NCBI GenBank assembly: GCA_039770155.1 | Contig: JBDMZA010000014.1 | Coordinates: 1 to 32,826 of the forward strand | Source: Clostridiales bacterium | GTDB taxonomy: Bacteria > Bacillota > Clostridia > Acetivibrionales > JBDMZA01 | Reading direction: 5' to 3' | Length of the DNA: 32,826 nt | Shown here: positions 1-8,105 of the stretch, one piece after another | Position numbering within the stretch: the stretch's first letter is position 1 | How the letters are laid out: every line of letters begins with the position of its first letter | Program-made: the position numbers and the translations under genes | The notes under the pieces: model-generated | Databases searched by the model: none | What the model saw: only the letters and a program-made list of their open reading frames with translations | Told to the model about the DNA's origin: nothing

Positions 1-98
1 AATCAAAAAATAAACTAGTCAACTTTTTTTGAAAATTCGTTAAAGCATCGATATTTTCAGAAAAAAATTGTCTTATGAAATTTTTGATTATGCCTTAA
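1..98 (-). repeat. Family A element, full length, truncated by the window edge
   Basis: The reverse complement aligns along its whole length with 5211-5316, with only a few substitutions. Confidence 0.9.
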
Positions 99-119
99 TC
101 AAACTCCAAATGTAAAGAT

Positions 120-359
120 TTATTTATTTTTTTCCAATAATTTTATAATTTCTTTTGGTTTTAATACCTTCCCATAAGAAAGTACTTTTTCGTCTACTAC
201 CAAAGCTGGTGTAGACATAACACCATAGGCCATAATATCTTTAAAATCAGTTACTTTTACAATCTCAGCCTCCATATTTGCTTCCTCTAAAGCCCTCTTT
301 GTACTTTCACCTAAAGTAATACAATTTTTACAACCTGAACCCAATATCTTTATTACCAT
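120..359 (-). CDS. Small thioredoxin-fold redox-active disulfide protein (TM0996/MTH895-like)
   Basis: 79-aa ORF with a CxxC motif (GSGCKNC) near the N-terminus and a thioredoxin-like length. AAGGAG lies 8 nt upstream of the ATG at 359, so the track start at 368 (GTG) was rejected. It is the last gene of the ArsR-permease operon. Confidence 0.8.
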   Translation of the reverse strand: MVIKILGSGCKNCITLGESTKRALEEANMEAEIVKVTDFKDIMAYGVMSTPALVVDEKVLSYGKVLKPKEIIKLLEKNK

Positions 360-379
360 TTCCAACACTCCTTTTTATT

Positions 380-1420
380 TTAAATTAAAATGCTACCAAA
401 AAGATTAAAGATAGTACCTGTTATAATAATTCCTATAATCACTATAACTGCAAAAATAATTAATAATTTTGTTTTAACAACTTTTTTTAACATTACCATA
501 GAAGGCAAGGATAAAGCTGTAACACTCATCATAAAAGCTAATGCTGTTCCTATTCCAACATTCTTTGCTACAAGAGCCTCTGCAATGGGAAGTGTTCCAA
601 AAATATCTGCATACATAGGAACACCTACTAAAGTTGCAATAAATACTGAATACCATTTATCTTGTCCAAGTACAATTGATATAATTTCTTCTGGAACCCA
701 ATTATGTATTAATGCTCCAATTCCAACTCCTATAAGTATATATATCCAAACCTTTTTTATAATACTTAAAACCTGATCTTTAGAGAAAACTATTCTATCT
801 TTTACAGATTGTTTTTGTATACCTGTTTCATTCATTTTGTTTTCAAACACGAACTTTTCAACATAATTTTCCAGCTTCATTTTACTTATAATAGTTCCAC
901 CGATAACTGCTAGTACAATACCCAATAAGACATAAGAAAAAGCAATTTTCCAATTAAAAATACTTGCAAGAAGCAATACTGACGCTAAATCAACAAGAGG
1001 TGATGATATTAAAAAGGAAAATGTAACGCCTATTGGAAGACCTGCGCTTGTAAATCCAATAAATAAAGGTATAGACGAACATGAACAAAAAGGTGTAACA
1101 GTCCCCAAAAGAGCTCCTATCAAATTTGCATTGAATCCGTTATATTTACCCAGTATTTTTCTTGTTCTTTCAGGAGGAAAAAAACTTTGTACATATGAAA
1201 TAGAAAAAATAAGTACAATAAGTAATATAAAAATTTTTATTACATCATAAATAAAAAAATGTATACTACCTCCTAATTTATTATTCATATCAAGTTTTAA
1301 TATATCTTCTACAAAATTTTTTATTATATTACTTAACCATTCCATTTTAAGTATTTGATCATTTATAATTCTAAATATATTCAAAAAAAATCCCTCCCAT
1401 CTATTATTAGTTACTACCAT
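380..1420 (-). CDS. Multi-pass membrane permease of the ArsP/DUF318 (PF03773-like) type
   Basis: 346-aa highly hydrophobic ORF with the TPFCSCSSIPLF cysteine motif typical of this permease family. It sits between an ArsR regulator and a thioredoxin-like gene. The start is uncertain: a TTG at 1384 preceded by GGGAGGG is an alternative. Confidence 0.75.
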   Translation of the reverse strand: MVVTNNRWEGFFLNIFRIINDQILKMEWLSNIIKNFVEDILKLDMNNKLGGSIHFFIYDVIKIFILLIVLIFSISYVQSFFPPERTRKILGKYNGFNANLIGALLGTVTPFCSCSSIPLFIGFTSAGLPIGVTFSFLISSPLVDLASVLLLASIFNWKIAFSYVLLGIVLAVIGGTIISKMKLENYVEKFVFENKMNETGIQKQSVKDRIVFSKDQVLSIIKKVWIYILIGVGIGALIHNWVPEEIISIVLGQDKWYSVFIATLVGVPMYADIFGTLPIAEALVAKNVGIGTALAFMMSVTALSLPSMVMLKKVVKTKLLIIFAVIVIIGIIITGTIFNLFGSILI

Positions 1421-1431
1421 TACTTTAAATT

Positions 1432-1740
1432 CTATAAAGAATTCTTTATTTCTTCTATTTTTATCAGTACAATTTTTTCAGCCAATTCAATCATCTCATA
1501 AACTTCTTTGTTTATAATCGAATAAATTACCTTAGAACCTTCCTTTTTACTTTCTACAATACCTTGGTTCTTTAAAACTGATAAATGTTGTGAAGTATTA
1601 GATTGTTCAGAATCTAATTGAGGTAAAATATCACAAACACATATAGGTCCATTCTTTAAAAGGTTAATAATTTTTATTCTTGTAGGGTGTGCTAAAGCTT
1701 TAAATACATATGCTATCAACTGATTTTTTTTATAAGACAT
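1432..1740 (-). CDS. ArsR/SmtB-family metalloregulatory transcriptional repressor
   Basis: 102 aa with a winged-HTH signature (ALAHPTRIKIINLL ... CVCDI ... SQHLSVLKNQGIV). AGGTGA RBS lies 4 nt before the ATG. Confidence 0.85.
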   Translation of the reverse strand: MSYKKNQLIAYVFKALAHPTRIKIINLLKNGPICVCDILPQLDSEQSNTSQHLSVLKNQGIVESKKEGSKVIYSIINKEVYEMIELAEKIVLIKIEEIKNSL

Positions 1741-1754
1741 AATATCACCTCGTA

Positions 1755-1788
1755 TTTTAGCATATTATAATTTTCTAATATGCTAAAA
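1755..1788. promoter_or_regulatory. Perfect 13-bp inverted repeat, candidate ArsR operator
   Basis: TTTTAGCATATTA (1755-1767), an 8-nt spacer, then TAATATGCTAAAA (1776-1788). It lies directly downstream of the -10 box and upstream of the arsR RBS. Confidence 0.6.
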
Positions 1789-1790
1789 TA

Positions 1791-1819
1791 ATTATAGTCC
1801 TAAGATCAATATTTGTCAA
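1791..1819 (-). promoter_or_regulatory. Consensus sigma-70 type promoter of the arsR operon
   Basis: On the minus strand: TTGACA (1819-1814), a 17-nt spacer, then TATAAT (1796-1791). Confidence 0.7.
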
Positions 1820-1991
1820 CTACATAATCATTCTTTAGATCTCCTAATTGAGAATAAAACTAATTATTTAATAGATTCTTTCAATTTCGAATAAATATGT
1901 GTAATTACTTTTTCAAATATGAAAATTTAAAACAAACACAAATCAAAGTATTATTGATTTTTAGATATTCCAATTATAGTTTGCATAACTT

Positions 1992-2020
1992 TTGCCATAT
2001 AATTAAACATAGTATATAAT
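1992..2020 (+). promoter_or_regulatory. Candidate promoter upstream of the ATP-grasp leader
   Basis: TTGCCA (1992-1997), a 17-nt spacer, then TATAAT (2015-2020). Confidence 0.5.
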
Positions 2021-2047
2021 ATAAGTAGATAAATTTTTTATTAGGCG

Positions 2048-2109
2048 ATGTGCCTTAAAATAAATTGATAAAACTTTTATTAATTTATTTTAAGGCACAT
2101 TGTTTTTTA
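2048..2109 (+). terminator. Long hairpin plus T-tract: leader attenuator or small-RNA terminator
   Basis: 19-bp perfect stem: ATGTGCCTTAAAATAAATT (2048-2066) pairs with AATTTATTTTAAGGCACAT (2082-2100). It is followed by TGTTTTTTAT. It lies about 30 nt downstream of the candidate promoter and 65 nt upstream of the ATG at 2175. Confidence 0.5.
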
Positions 2110-2174
2110 TTTGATTATTCCTTCCACAAAATAGTATTTACCTCTAATAATTCTAAGAAAGAAGGATAATAACA

Positions 2175-3188
2175 ATGAAAAAAGATGTACATATTGAATT
2201 TATTGCAACAGATATTGATAGTCTTGCACTAATGGGGTTTGGCTCAATTGAAAATTGTAAGAGTGTTTTTAATTGTTTATCAAAAGAATACTCTTATGTT
2301 AATTTCAATATAGTTAGAAATGAAGGTGATTTAGAAAACATAGCTTCTAGAAAACCTGATTTAATATTTACTGGTATAAAATATGTGGTTTTCGACAAAA
2401 TCAAAAAACACAAAATATGGATATCTGATTTTATGGAAAAAGCTAATATAAATTATACAGGCTCTGGTAAAGAAGCTATACTACTTGAGTATGATAAAAG
2501 TTTAGCTAAAAAAACAATATCTAATTTTGGCATAAAAACAGCACCTTATTTTATTTCTAATTCAAGTTTAACTAAAAACAACTTACCTATACCATTTCCT
2601 TTATTCGTAAAACCACTACACGAAGGTGATGGAAATGGCATTGATAAAGATTCTGTTGTATATGATTTTAAATCATATCAAAAAAAAGTTGATAGTATCT
2701 ATAAATTATATAACCAGCCTTCAATGGTTGAGAAATACATTATAGGTAGAGAATTTACTGTTTCAATAATTGAATCTGACAATGGCACTTTTAATATAAT
2801 GCCTGTGGAATTAATCATTCCAGATAAAAATCCTTTAAATAGAATATTGGGATATAGCGCAAAATCTGAAAACAAAGAGTCTGTAGTTAAAATCACCAAT
2901 AATGATATATTAAAACATATTACTTTTATTGCAAAAAATTCATTTATAGCTCTAGGAGCAAGAGATTATGGAAGAATAGATATTTTAATGGATAAAGATA
3001 ATAATCCATATTTTTTAGAAGCAAATCTGGTACCTGGTATGACAAAACGATTTAAACAAGATGATTCCAGTTATTTTCCAAGGGCATGTTATCTAAATAA
3101 CAATATGACATACCATGAAACAATTATTAAAATAACAGAAACTGCTCTTGAAAGAAATCAAAATTTAAAAATTAGAAAAAGCAGTTAG
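2175..3188 (+). CDS. ATP-grasp ligase of the D-alanine--D-alanine ligase family (atypical N-terminus)
   Basis: 337 aa with C-terminal ATP-grasp motifs (FPLFVKPLHEGDGNGI, EKYIIGREFTVSIIE, RIDILMDKDNNPYFLEANLVPGM). It lacks the canonical Ddl N-terminal GGxSxE motif. GAAGGA RBS. Confidence 0.7.
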   Translation: MKKDVHIEFIATDIDSLALMGFGSIENCKSVFNCLSKEYSYVNFNIVRNEGDLENIASRKPDLIFTGIKYVVFDKIKKHKIWISDFMEKANINYTGSGKEAILLEYDKSLAKKTISNFGIKTAPYFISNSSLTKNNLPIPFPLFVKPLHEGDGNGIDKDSVVYDFKSYQKKVDSIYKLYNQPSMVEKYIIGREFTVSIIESDNGTFNIMPVELIIPDKNPLNRILGYSAKSENKESVVKITNNDILKHITFIAKNSFIALGARDYGRIDILMDKDNNPYFLEANLVPGMTKRFKQDDSSYFPRACYLNNNMTYHETIIKITETALERNQNLKIRKSS

Positions 3189-3305
3189 CCAATAAAATGG
3201 TATAATAGTAATAACTAGTTTTTTTATTATGTATTACAAAATAAAACAAGTTTATCATTAATTTAGTTTTAAAATTAATAAGCTTGTTAGATGAGGAGTT
3301 TATTT

Positions 3306-3599
3306 ATGAAAGAGCAGATTTTCAACGGAATAGATAAAAGTAAACTTGTTAAAGAATTAGAGATATTAAAACACGAATTAAAGAAAAATAAATTACACAA
3401 AGAAGCGCTAAATATTAAAGTAGCTATAGAAGCAGCTTCAAAAAAAGAAAGTGAATTAGTATTATTTTTAGGCTACTCAGAGATGAAAGTATTAAAAGTA
3501 GCACAAATAAATAATTTATTCTATGCAGTAGAAGCATTAAAAAGATCAATTAATTATAATAAATTTTCAAATTTATCAAATTGTAATAATAACTGTTAA
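3306..3599 (+). CDS. Hypothetical small helical protein with a Cys-containing tail (SNCNNNC)
   Basis: 97-aa ORF. AGGAG (3293-3297) lies 8 nt upstream of the ATG at 3306, and an extended -10 TGGTATAAT sits at 3198-3206. No recognisable family. Confidence 0.4.
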   Translation: MKEQIFNGIDKSKLVKELEILKHELKKNKLHKEALNIKVAIEAASKKESELVLFLGYSEMKVLKVAQINNLFYAVEALKRSINYNKFSNLSNCNNNC

Positions 3600-3614
3600 T
3601 AGTTTCAACTAAAA

Positions 3615-3685
3615 GATATCAAAAAAACATACAACTATTTCCAGGTTTCCTAAAATATTTTTAGGTTAAGGAGAGCCTAAATAAT
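3615..3685. repeat. Cluster of degenerate family-B-like termini
   Basis: GATATCAAAAAAAC, GGTTTCCTAAAATA, TATTTTTAGGTTAAGG and GGAGAGCCTAAATAATAAAAA resemble the B termini GGATATCCAAAAAATAA and GGAGAACCTAAAAAATAA. Confidence 0.3.
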
Positions 3686-3720
3686 AAAAACTCTTATATC
3701 AAAATATTATAAGAGTTTTT
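3686..3720. terminator. Bidirectional intrinsic-terminator-like hairpin
   Basis: AAAAACTCTTATA (3686-3698), a 9-nt loop, then TATAAGAGTTTTT (3708-3720). It is flanked by an A-run and a T-run. Confidence 0.55.
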
Positions 3721-3783
3721 ATTATTTTATTTTATTCAAATTAAATTTATTTATCATTTTTAATTAAACCTTTGTAAGATACA

Positions 3784-3797
3784 ACCGATATATCGGT
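3784..3797. promoter_or_regulatory. 14-bp perfect palindrome upstream of the hisS promoter
   Basis: ACCGATATATCGGT, ending 7 nt upstream of the -35 box. Confidence 0.35.
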
Positions 3798-3804
3798 ATA
3801 TTAC

Positions 3805-3833
3805 TTGTTTATTAAAAAATAGGATGATATAAT
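3805..3833 (+). promoter_or_regulatory. hisS promoter
   Basis: TTGTTT (3805-3810), a 17-nt spacer and an extended -10 TGATATAAT (TATAAT at 3828-3833). Confidence 0.6.
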
Positions 3834-3889
3834 TACAAAATAAAAATTATGAGAAATTTAAATGCAATAACGAATAGGGGTTGAAAAAA

Positions 3890-5152
3890 ATGAATTATTC
3901 TCCAGTGAGAGGAATGAGGGATTTTTATCCTGATGATTATGAAAAACTAAATTATATATTTGAAACATGGAAGAGTGTGTCTCATGAATTTGGATTCAGG
4001 CAATATGATACACCAATTGTTGAATCATTAGAACTCTTAGAAAGAAAATCTGGTGAAGAAGTGTCAGATCAAATTTATAATTTTCAAGATAAATCAGGGA
4101 GAAATTTAGCATTAAGAGCCGAAATGACACCATCGCTAGCTAGATTAGTTATTACAAATAAACAATTAAAAATGCCATTGAAGTGGTTCTCTATTCCACA
4201 ATGTTTTAGGTATGAAAGAATGAGTAAAGGAAGAAAAAGAGAACATTATCAATGGAATTCAGATATAATTGGAGTTGAAAGTTCTATAGCTGAAGCTGAA
4301 CTTATAGCTGTTTCTATAAAGGCATTAAACAAATTTGGTCTGACAAAAAAAGACTTTATTATAAAATACAATAGCAGACAAATAATGCAAGAGCTTTTCT
4401 TAAATTTAGATTTAACAGAAAATGAAATGAAAACAGCTTTTTTAGTACTAGACAAAAAAGGTAAAGTATCAAATGATGTTTTAAAATCTATGTTAAAAGA
4501 GGACGGTTTAGATTCTCTAAAAATTGATAATATTATAAATCTACTAGAAATAAAAGATTTTAATGAAATTAAAAATATTTTGGGAGATTCAAAAGGTGTT
4601 TTAAATATTTTGGAGTTTAATGAATTTTTGAAATCTTTTGGTATAGAAGAAAATGTACATTATGATATTTCTATTGTTAGAGGTTTAAGTTATTATACTG
4701 GAATAGTTTTTGAAGGATTTGATATTGATCGAAATAGTAGAGCTTTACTAGGTGGTGGCAGATATGATACTTTATTTGATATTCTAGGAGAAAAAAGCAT
4801 TCCAGCTGTAGGATTTGGATTTGGAGATGTTGTTCTTGCTGATTTAATTGATGAGAAACAATTGTGGGGAAAAGAAAAATCACAAATCGATTATTATATA
4901 GGTTTTTCATCATCAGAATATGTAAATGAATCGCTTAAGATAGCAACTTCACTAAGAAATAAAGGTTTAACTGTTTATTCTGATACTTCAAAAAATAAAA
5001 TGAAAAAAATTCTTTCAAATTCAAATATGAAAAATTCAAAATTCACTATAATTCTTGATGAAAGAGAAATGGTAAATTCAGAAGTTTTGATAAAAGACAT
5101 GAATAATAAAATAAGTTCTATAAAAAAAATTAGTGATTTTTATCAATTATAA
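3890..5152 (+). CDS. hisS: Histidine--tRNA ligase
   Basis: Class II aaRS / HisRS motifs are present: RGMRDF, FRYERMSKGRKREHYQWNSDIIG, GGGRYD, and a C-terminal anticodon-binding domain. The ATG at 3890 with AGGGG upstream is preferred over the TTG at 3881. Confidence 0.93.
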   Translation: MNYSPVRGMRDFYPDDYEKLNYIFETWKSVSHEFGFRQYDTPIVESLELLERKSGEEVSDQIYNFQDKSGRNLALRAEMTPSLARLVITNKQLKMPLKWFSIPQCFRYERMSKGRKREHYQWNSDIIGVESSIAEAELIAVSIKALNKFGLTKKDFIIKYNSRQIMQELFLNLDLTENEMKTAFLVLDKKGKVSNDVLKSMLKEDGLDSLKIDNIINLLEIKDFNEIKNILGDSKGVLNILEFNEFLKSFGIEENVHYDISIVRGLSYYTGIVFEGFDIDRNSRALLGGGRYDTLFDILGEKSIPAVGFGFGDVVLADLIDEKQLWGKEKSQIDYYIGFSSSEYVNESLKIATSLRNKGLTVYSDTSKNKMKKILSNSNMKNSKFTIILDEREMVNSEVLIKDMNNKISSIKKISDFYQL

Positions 5153-5168
5153 AAACCAAAATTAATAT

Positions 5169-5210
5169 TTTAGAACAACTTAAAAAATAAAATCACATTC
5201 TTTCTTTATC
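5169..5210. repeat. Family-B-type half element abutting family A
   Basis: TTAGAACAACTTAAAAAATAAAATCACATTCTTTC resembles B left arms at 17891 (AAAAAATAAATTGTCATTCTTT) and 25261 (GAGAACCTAAAAAATAATATCACATT). Confidence 0.5.
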
Positions 5211-5316
5211 TTAGGCATAATCAAAAATTTCATAAGACAATTTTTTTCTGAAAATACCGATGGTTTAACGAATTTTCAAAAAAAGTTGACCAGTTTATTT
5301 TTTGATTCTGGCTTAA
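5211..5316 (+). repeat. Family A palindromic element, full length (reference copy)
   Basis: TTAGGCATAATCAAAAATTTCATAAGACAATTTTTTTCTGAAAATACCGATGGTTTAACGAATTTTCAAAAAAAGTTGACCAGTTTATTTTTTGATTCTGGCTTAA. It is near-identical to 19429-19533 and to the reverse complement of 1-98. Confidence 0.92.
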
Positions 5317-5317
5317 T

Positions 5318-6787
5318 ATGGTAAGGAGTGATCAATCATTGATTTATGTTGCTGTTGACTTAGGTGCATCTAGTGGAAGAATACTAATAGGAAATAAGAC
5401 TGACAATACAATAACATTTCAAGAAGTCCATCGATTTTCAAACAACATTGAAGAAAAAAACAACAGATTTTATTGGAATATAGATTACCTATCAAATGAA
5501 CTGCTAATAGGTCTTCAAAAAGTTAAACAATCTGGTTATGAAAAATGTTATCTTGGTATAGATACATGGGGTGTTGACTACGTTCTTACAGATGATACTG
5601 GTAATAAACTAAGAGAAGTATTATCTTATAGAAATTTTTCATCAAATAAGTTAATTGATGAATTTTCAAACATGATTTCAAAAGAAAAAATATATGTTAA
5701 AACAGGAATTCAATTCATGCCTTTTAACACATTGTACCAATTATATAAAGATAATGCATATTTACTTGAAAATACAAATAATATTCTATTGATGCCTGAT
5801 TATTTAGCATACTATCTTACAGATATTGCGGTAACTGAATTAACTAATGCTTCCACAACTCAATTATTAAATATTGAAACTAAGAATTGGGATCCTGATT
5901 TACTAAAAATTTTATCCATTAAAAATTCTCAGTTTCCTAAACTTGTTGAACCCGGAACCAAATTAGGTAATTTAAAAAAAGAAAAATTTCCTAAATTTGA
6001 TCTTCCAGAATGTACTCTAATTTCAGTTGCTTCTCATGATACTGCTTCTGCCGTCGCTTCTACTCCCGGTTTTGGAGAAAACTGGGCATTTTTAAGTAGT
6101 GGAACTTGGTCACTTTTAGGAATGGAATTGAAACACTTTATAAATAATAATATTGCTCAAAAAAATAACTATACAAATGAATATGGTTATGCAAATACAA
6201 ATCGTTTTCTTAAAAATATTATGGGCTTATGGATTTTACAAGAAATTAGAAAAAACAACTTTTCAAATTATAGTTTTGACGAATTAGAAGAAGAAGCAAA
6301 AAAATCAAATAACTTTAGTCAATATATCAATTTAAATGATTCAAGATTTCTAAATCCTAAAAACATGTTAGAGGAAATTCAAAACTATTGCAGTGAAACA
6401 AATCAAAGTATTCCTAAATCTGTTGGTGAAATAATAAATGCTATCCTGTGTAATTTAGCAATTATATATTCAATTGCCCTAGATGAATTAGAAAAAATAA
6501 CAAGTAAATCTATAAATACACTTCATATTGTTGGTGGTGGAGCATACTATAATTTTTTAAATCAGATTACTGCCGATCTTAGTAATAAAAAAGTTTTAGC
6601 TGGTCCAACTGAAGCTTCTGCTCTTGGTAACTTTTTAGTTCAAATGATAACATCAGGCTGTATTAATGATATTAGCGAAGGTCGTAAAATAATAAAAAAT
6701 TCTTTTGAAATAAAAGAATACACTCCCAAAAATACTAATAGAGAGAATATTATTAATAAATTCATGGAGGTTACAAAATATGAGTAA
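5318..6787 (+). CDS. rhaB: Rhamnulokinase (FGGY family)
   Basis: It carries the N-terminal [11 protein letters not shown] motif characteristic of RhaB and an FGGY-kinase length. The real start may be the TTG at 5339, since AAGGAG at 5322-5327 lies inside the annotated 5' end. Confidence 0.85.
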   Translation: MVRSDQSLIYVAVDLGASSGRILIGNKTDNTITFQEVHRFSNNIEEKNNRFYWNIDYLSNELLIGLQKVKQSGYEKCYLGIDTWGVDYVLTDDTGNKLREVLSYRNFSSNKLIDEFSNMISKEKIYVKTGIQFMPFNTLYQLYKDNAYLLENTNNILLMPDYLAYYLTDIAVTELTNASTTQLLNIETKNWDPDLLKILSIKNSQFPKLVEPGTKLGNLKKEKFPKFDLPECTLISVASHDTASAVASTPGFGENWAFLSSGTWSLLGMELKHFINNNIAQKNNYTNEYGYANTNRFLKNIMGLWILQEIRKNNFSNYSFDELEEEAKKSNNFSQYINLNDSRFLNPKNMLEEIQNYCSETNQSIPKSVGEIINAILCNLAIIYSIALDELEKITSKSINTLHIVGGGAYYNFLNQITADLSNKKVLAGPTEASALGNFLVQMITSGCINDISEGRKIIKNSFEIKEYTPKNTNRENIINKFMEVTKYE

Positions 6788-8039
6788 AGAAATAGTAGAA
6801 AGTTATAAATTAGCAAAATTGGCCTATTCCAAATACAATATTGATGTTGATAAAATATTGGATGAATTAAAAAAAATAAAAATCTCAATTCATTGTTGGC
6901 AAGGTGATGATGTAAAAGGATTTATAAATAAAAATAAAGATTTAACAGGTGGAATATCAGTCACAGGAAATTATCCTGGTGCTGCAAGAAATCCTGGCGA
7001 ACTTCGAAGTGATTTAAAAAAAGCAATGTCACTAATCCCTGGAAAACACAAAGTAAATCTACATTCTATATATACTGATACTGATGAGAAAATTGACATT
7101 GATGAAATCAAACCAAAGCATTATGAAAACTGGGTAAAATGGGCTAATGAAAATGATTTGGGTCTTGATTTTAATCCTACATGTTTTTCTCACCCAAAAT
7201 CAGATGATGGTTTTACCCTAAGTCATCCTGATAAGTCAATTAGAGATTTTTGGATAAATCATTGTAAGAAAGTCAGAAAAATAGGTGAATACTTCGGTAA
7301 AGAAACTGGTAAAACTTGTATTACAAATATTTGGATACCAGATGGTTTTAAAGATAATCCAATAGACAGACTCTCTCCAAGAGTACGATTAAAAAATTCT
7401 TTAGATGAAATATTTAAAGAAAAATTAAATGAAAAATTTACATTAGATGCAGTAGAAAGCAAATTATTCGGAATAGGCTCTGAAAGTTATGTTGTGGGAT
7501 CTCATGAATTTTATATGGGATATGGATTATCAAGAAATAAGTTAATTTGTTTAGATGCTGGGCATTTTCATCCTACTGAGTCAATATCTAATAAAATATC
7601 CTCTCTTGCTCTTTTTTCAAAAGGTATATTTCTTCATGTCAGCAGACCTGTTAGATGGGATAGCGATCATGTAATCATATTAGATGATGAATTAAATGAA
7701 ATTGCAAGAGAAATAATTGTAAACAACCTTGCAGATAAAACTTTTATAGGATTGGATTTTTTCGATGCAAGTATAAATAGAGTTGCAGCATGGGTAATAG
7801 GTACTAGAAATATGTTAAAAGCATTATTAAAAACAATGTTAGAGCCTAATGAATATTTAAAAGAAATTGAATTGAATAAAGATTATACAACAAGACTTGC
7901 CCTTAGAGAAGAATTCAAATCTTATCCTTTTGGTGCTATTTGGGATTATTATTGTTTAAGTCAAAATGTACCTATAAAAGAAACTTGGCTTTCTGATATT
8001 AAGGATTATGAAAAAAATATTTTATTGAAAAGAAATTAA
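6780..8039 (+). CDS. rhaA: L-rhamnose isomerase
   Basis: 419 aa with the [11 protein letters not shown] motif. GGAGG RBS. There is an 8-nt overlap with the rhaB stop (ATGAGTAA). Confidence 0.9.
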   Translation: MSKEIVESYKLAKLAYSKYNIDVDKILDELKKIKISIHCWQGDDVKGFINKNKDLTGGISVTGNYPGAARNPGELRSDLKKAMSLIPGKHKVNLHSIYTDTDEKIDIDEIKPKHYENWVKWANENDLGLDFNPTCFSHPKSDDGFTLSHPDKSIRDFWINHCKKVRKIGEYFGKETGKTCITNIWIPDGFKDNPIDRLSPRVRLKNSLDEIFKEKLNEKFTLDAVESKLFGIGSESYVVGSHEFYMGYGLSRNKLICLDAGHFHPTESISNKISSLALFSKGIFLHVSRPVRWDSDHVIILDDELNEIAREIIVNNLADKTFIGLDFFDASINRVAAWVIGTRNMLKALLKTMLEPNEYLKEIELNKDYTTRLALREEFKSYPFGAIWDYYCLSQNVPIKETWLSDIKDYEKNILLKRN

Positions 8040-8083
8040 GCAGAATCAAAAAATTGTCTTATGAAATTTTTGATTCTGCCTTA
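8037..8083 (-). repeat. Family A element, 47-bp internally deleted form (type i)
   Basis: TAAGCAGAATCAAAAAATTGTCTTATGAAATTTTTGATTCTGCCTTA. Both A termini and the ATTGTCTTATGAAAT arm segment are retained. Its first three bases are the rhaA stop codon. Confidence 0.85.
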
Positions 8084-8105
8084 AGAAAATCATAGGAGGT
8101 ATTAA

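Noticed and set aside
3723-3889. A T-box riboswitch leader upstream of hisS.
   Set aside because: The leader is too short (about 55 nt from the predicted -10 to the ATG). It contains no recognisable specifier hairpin, T-box sequence or terminator/antiterminator pair.
3881-3889. Longer N-terminal extensions offered by the ORF track: hisS at 3881, the small ORF at 3291, rhaM at 24876, the kinase at 28338, the thioredoxin-like gene at 368 and the HAD gene at 31000.
   Set aside because: In each case an internal ATG or TTG lies 6-9 nt downstream of a strong AGGAG/GGAGG-type RBS. The family-typical N-terminus also begins at that internal codon. The upstream starts lack RBSs or fall inside repeat elements.
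5287-5318. TTGACC / TTGACT inside the family A right arm as an outward-facing -35 box. It could create promoters for downstream genes such as rhaB at 5318 or the 5'-nucleotidase gene at 11483.
   Set aside because: The nearest -10-like hexamers (TTAATA or TAATAT at the element end) are 21 nt away, outside the 16-18-nt window. No better -10 is present at the correct spacing. It is kept only as a possibility that would need transcription start mapping.
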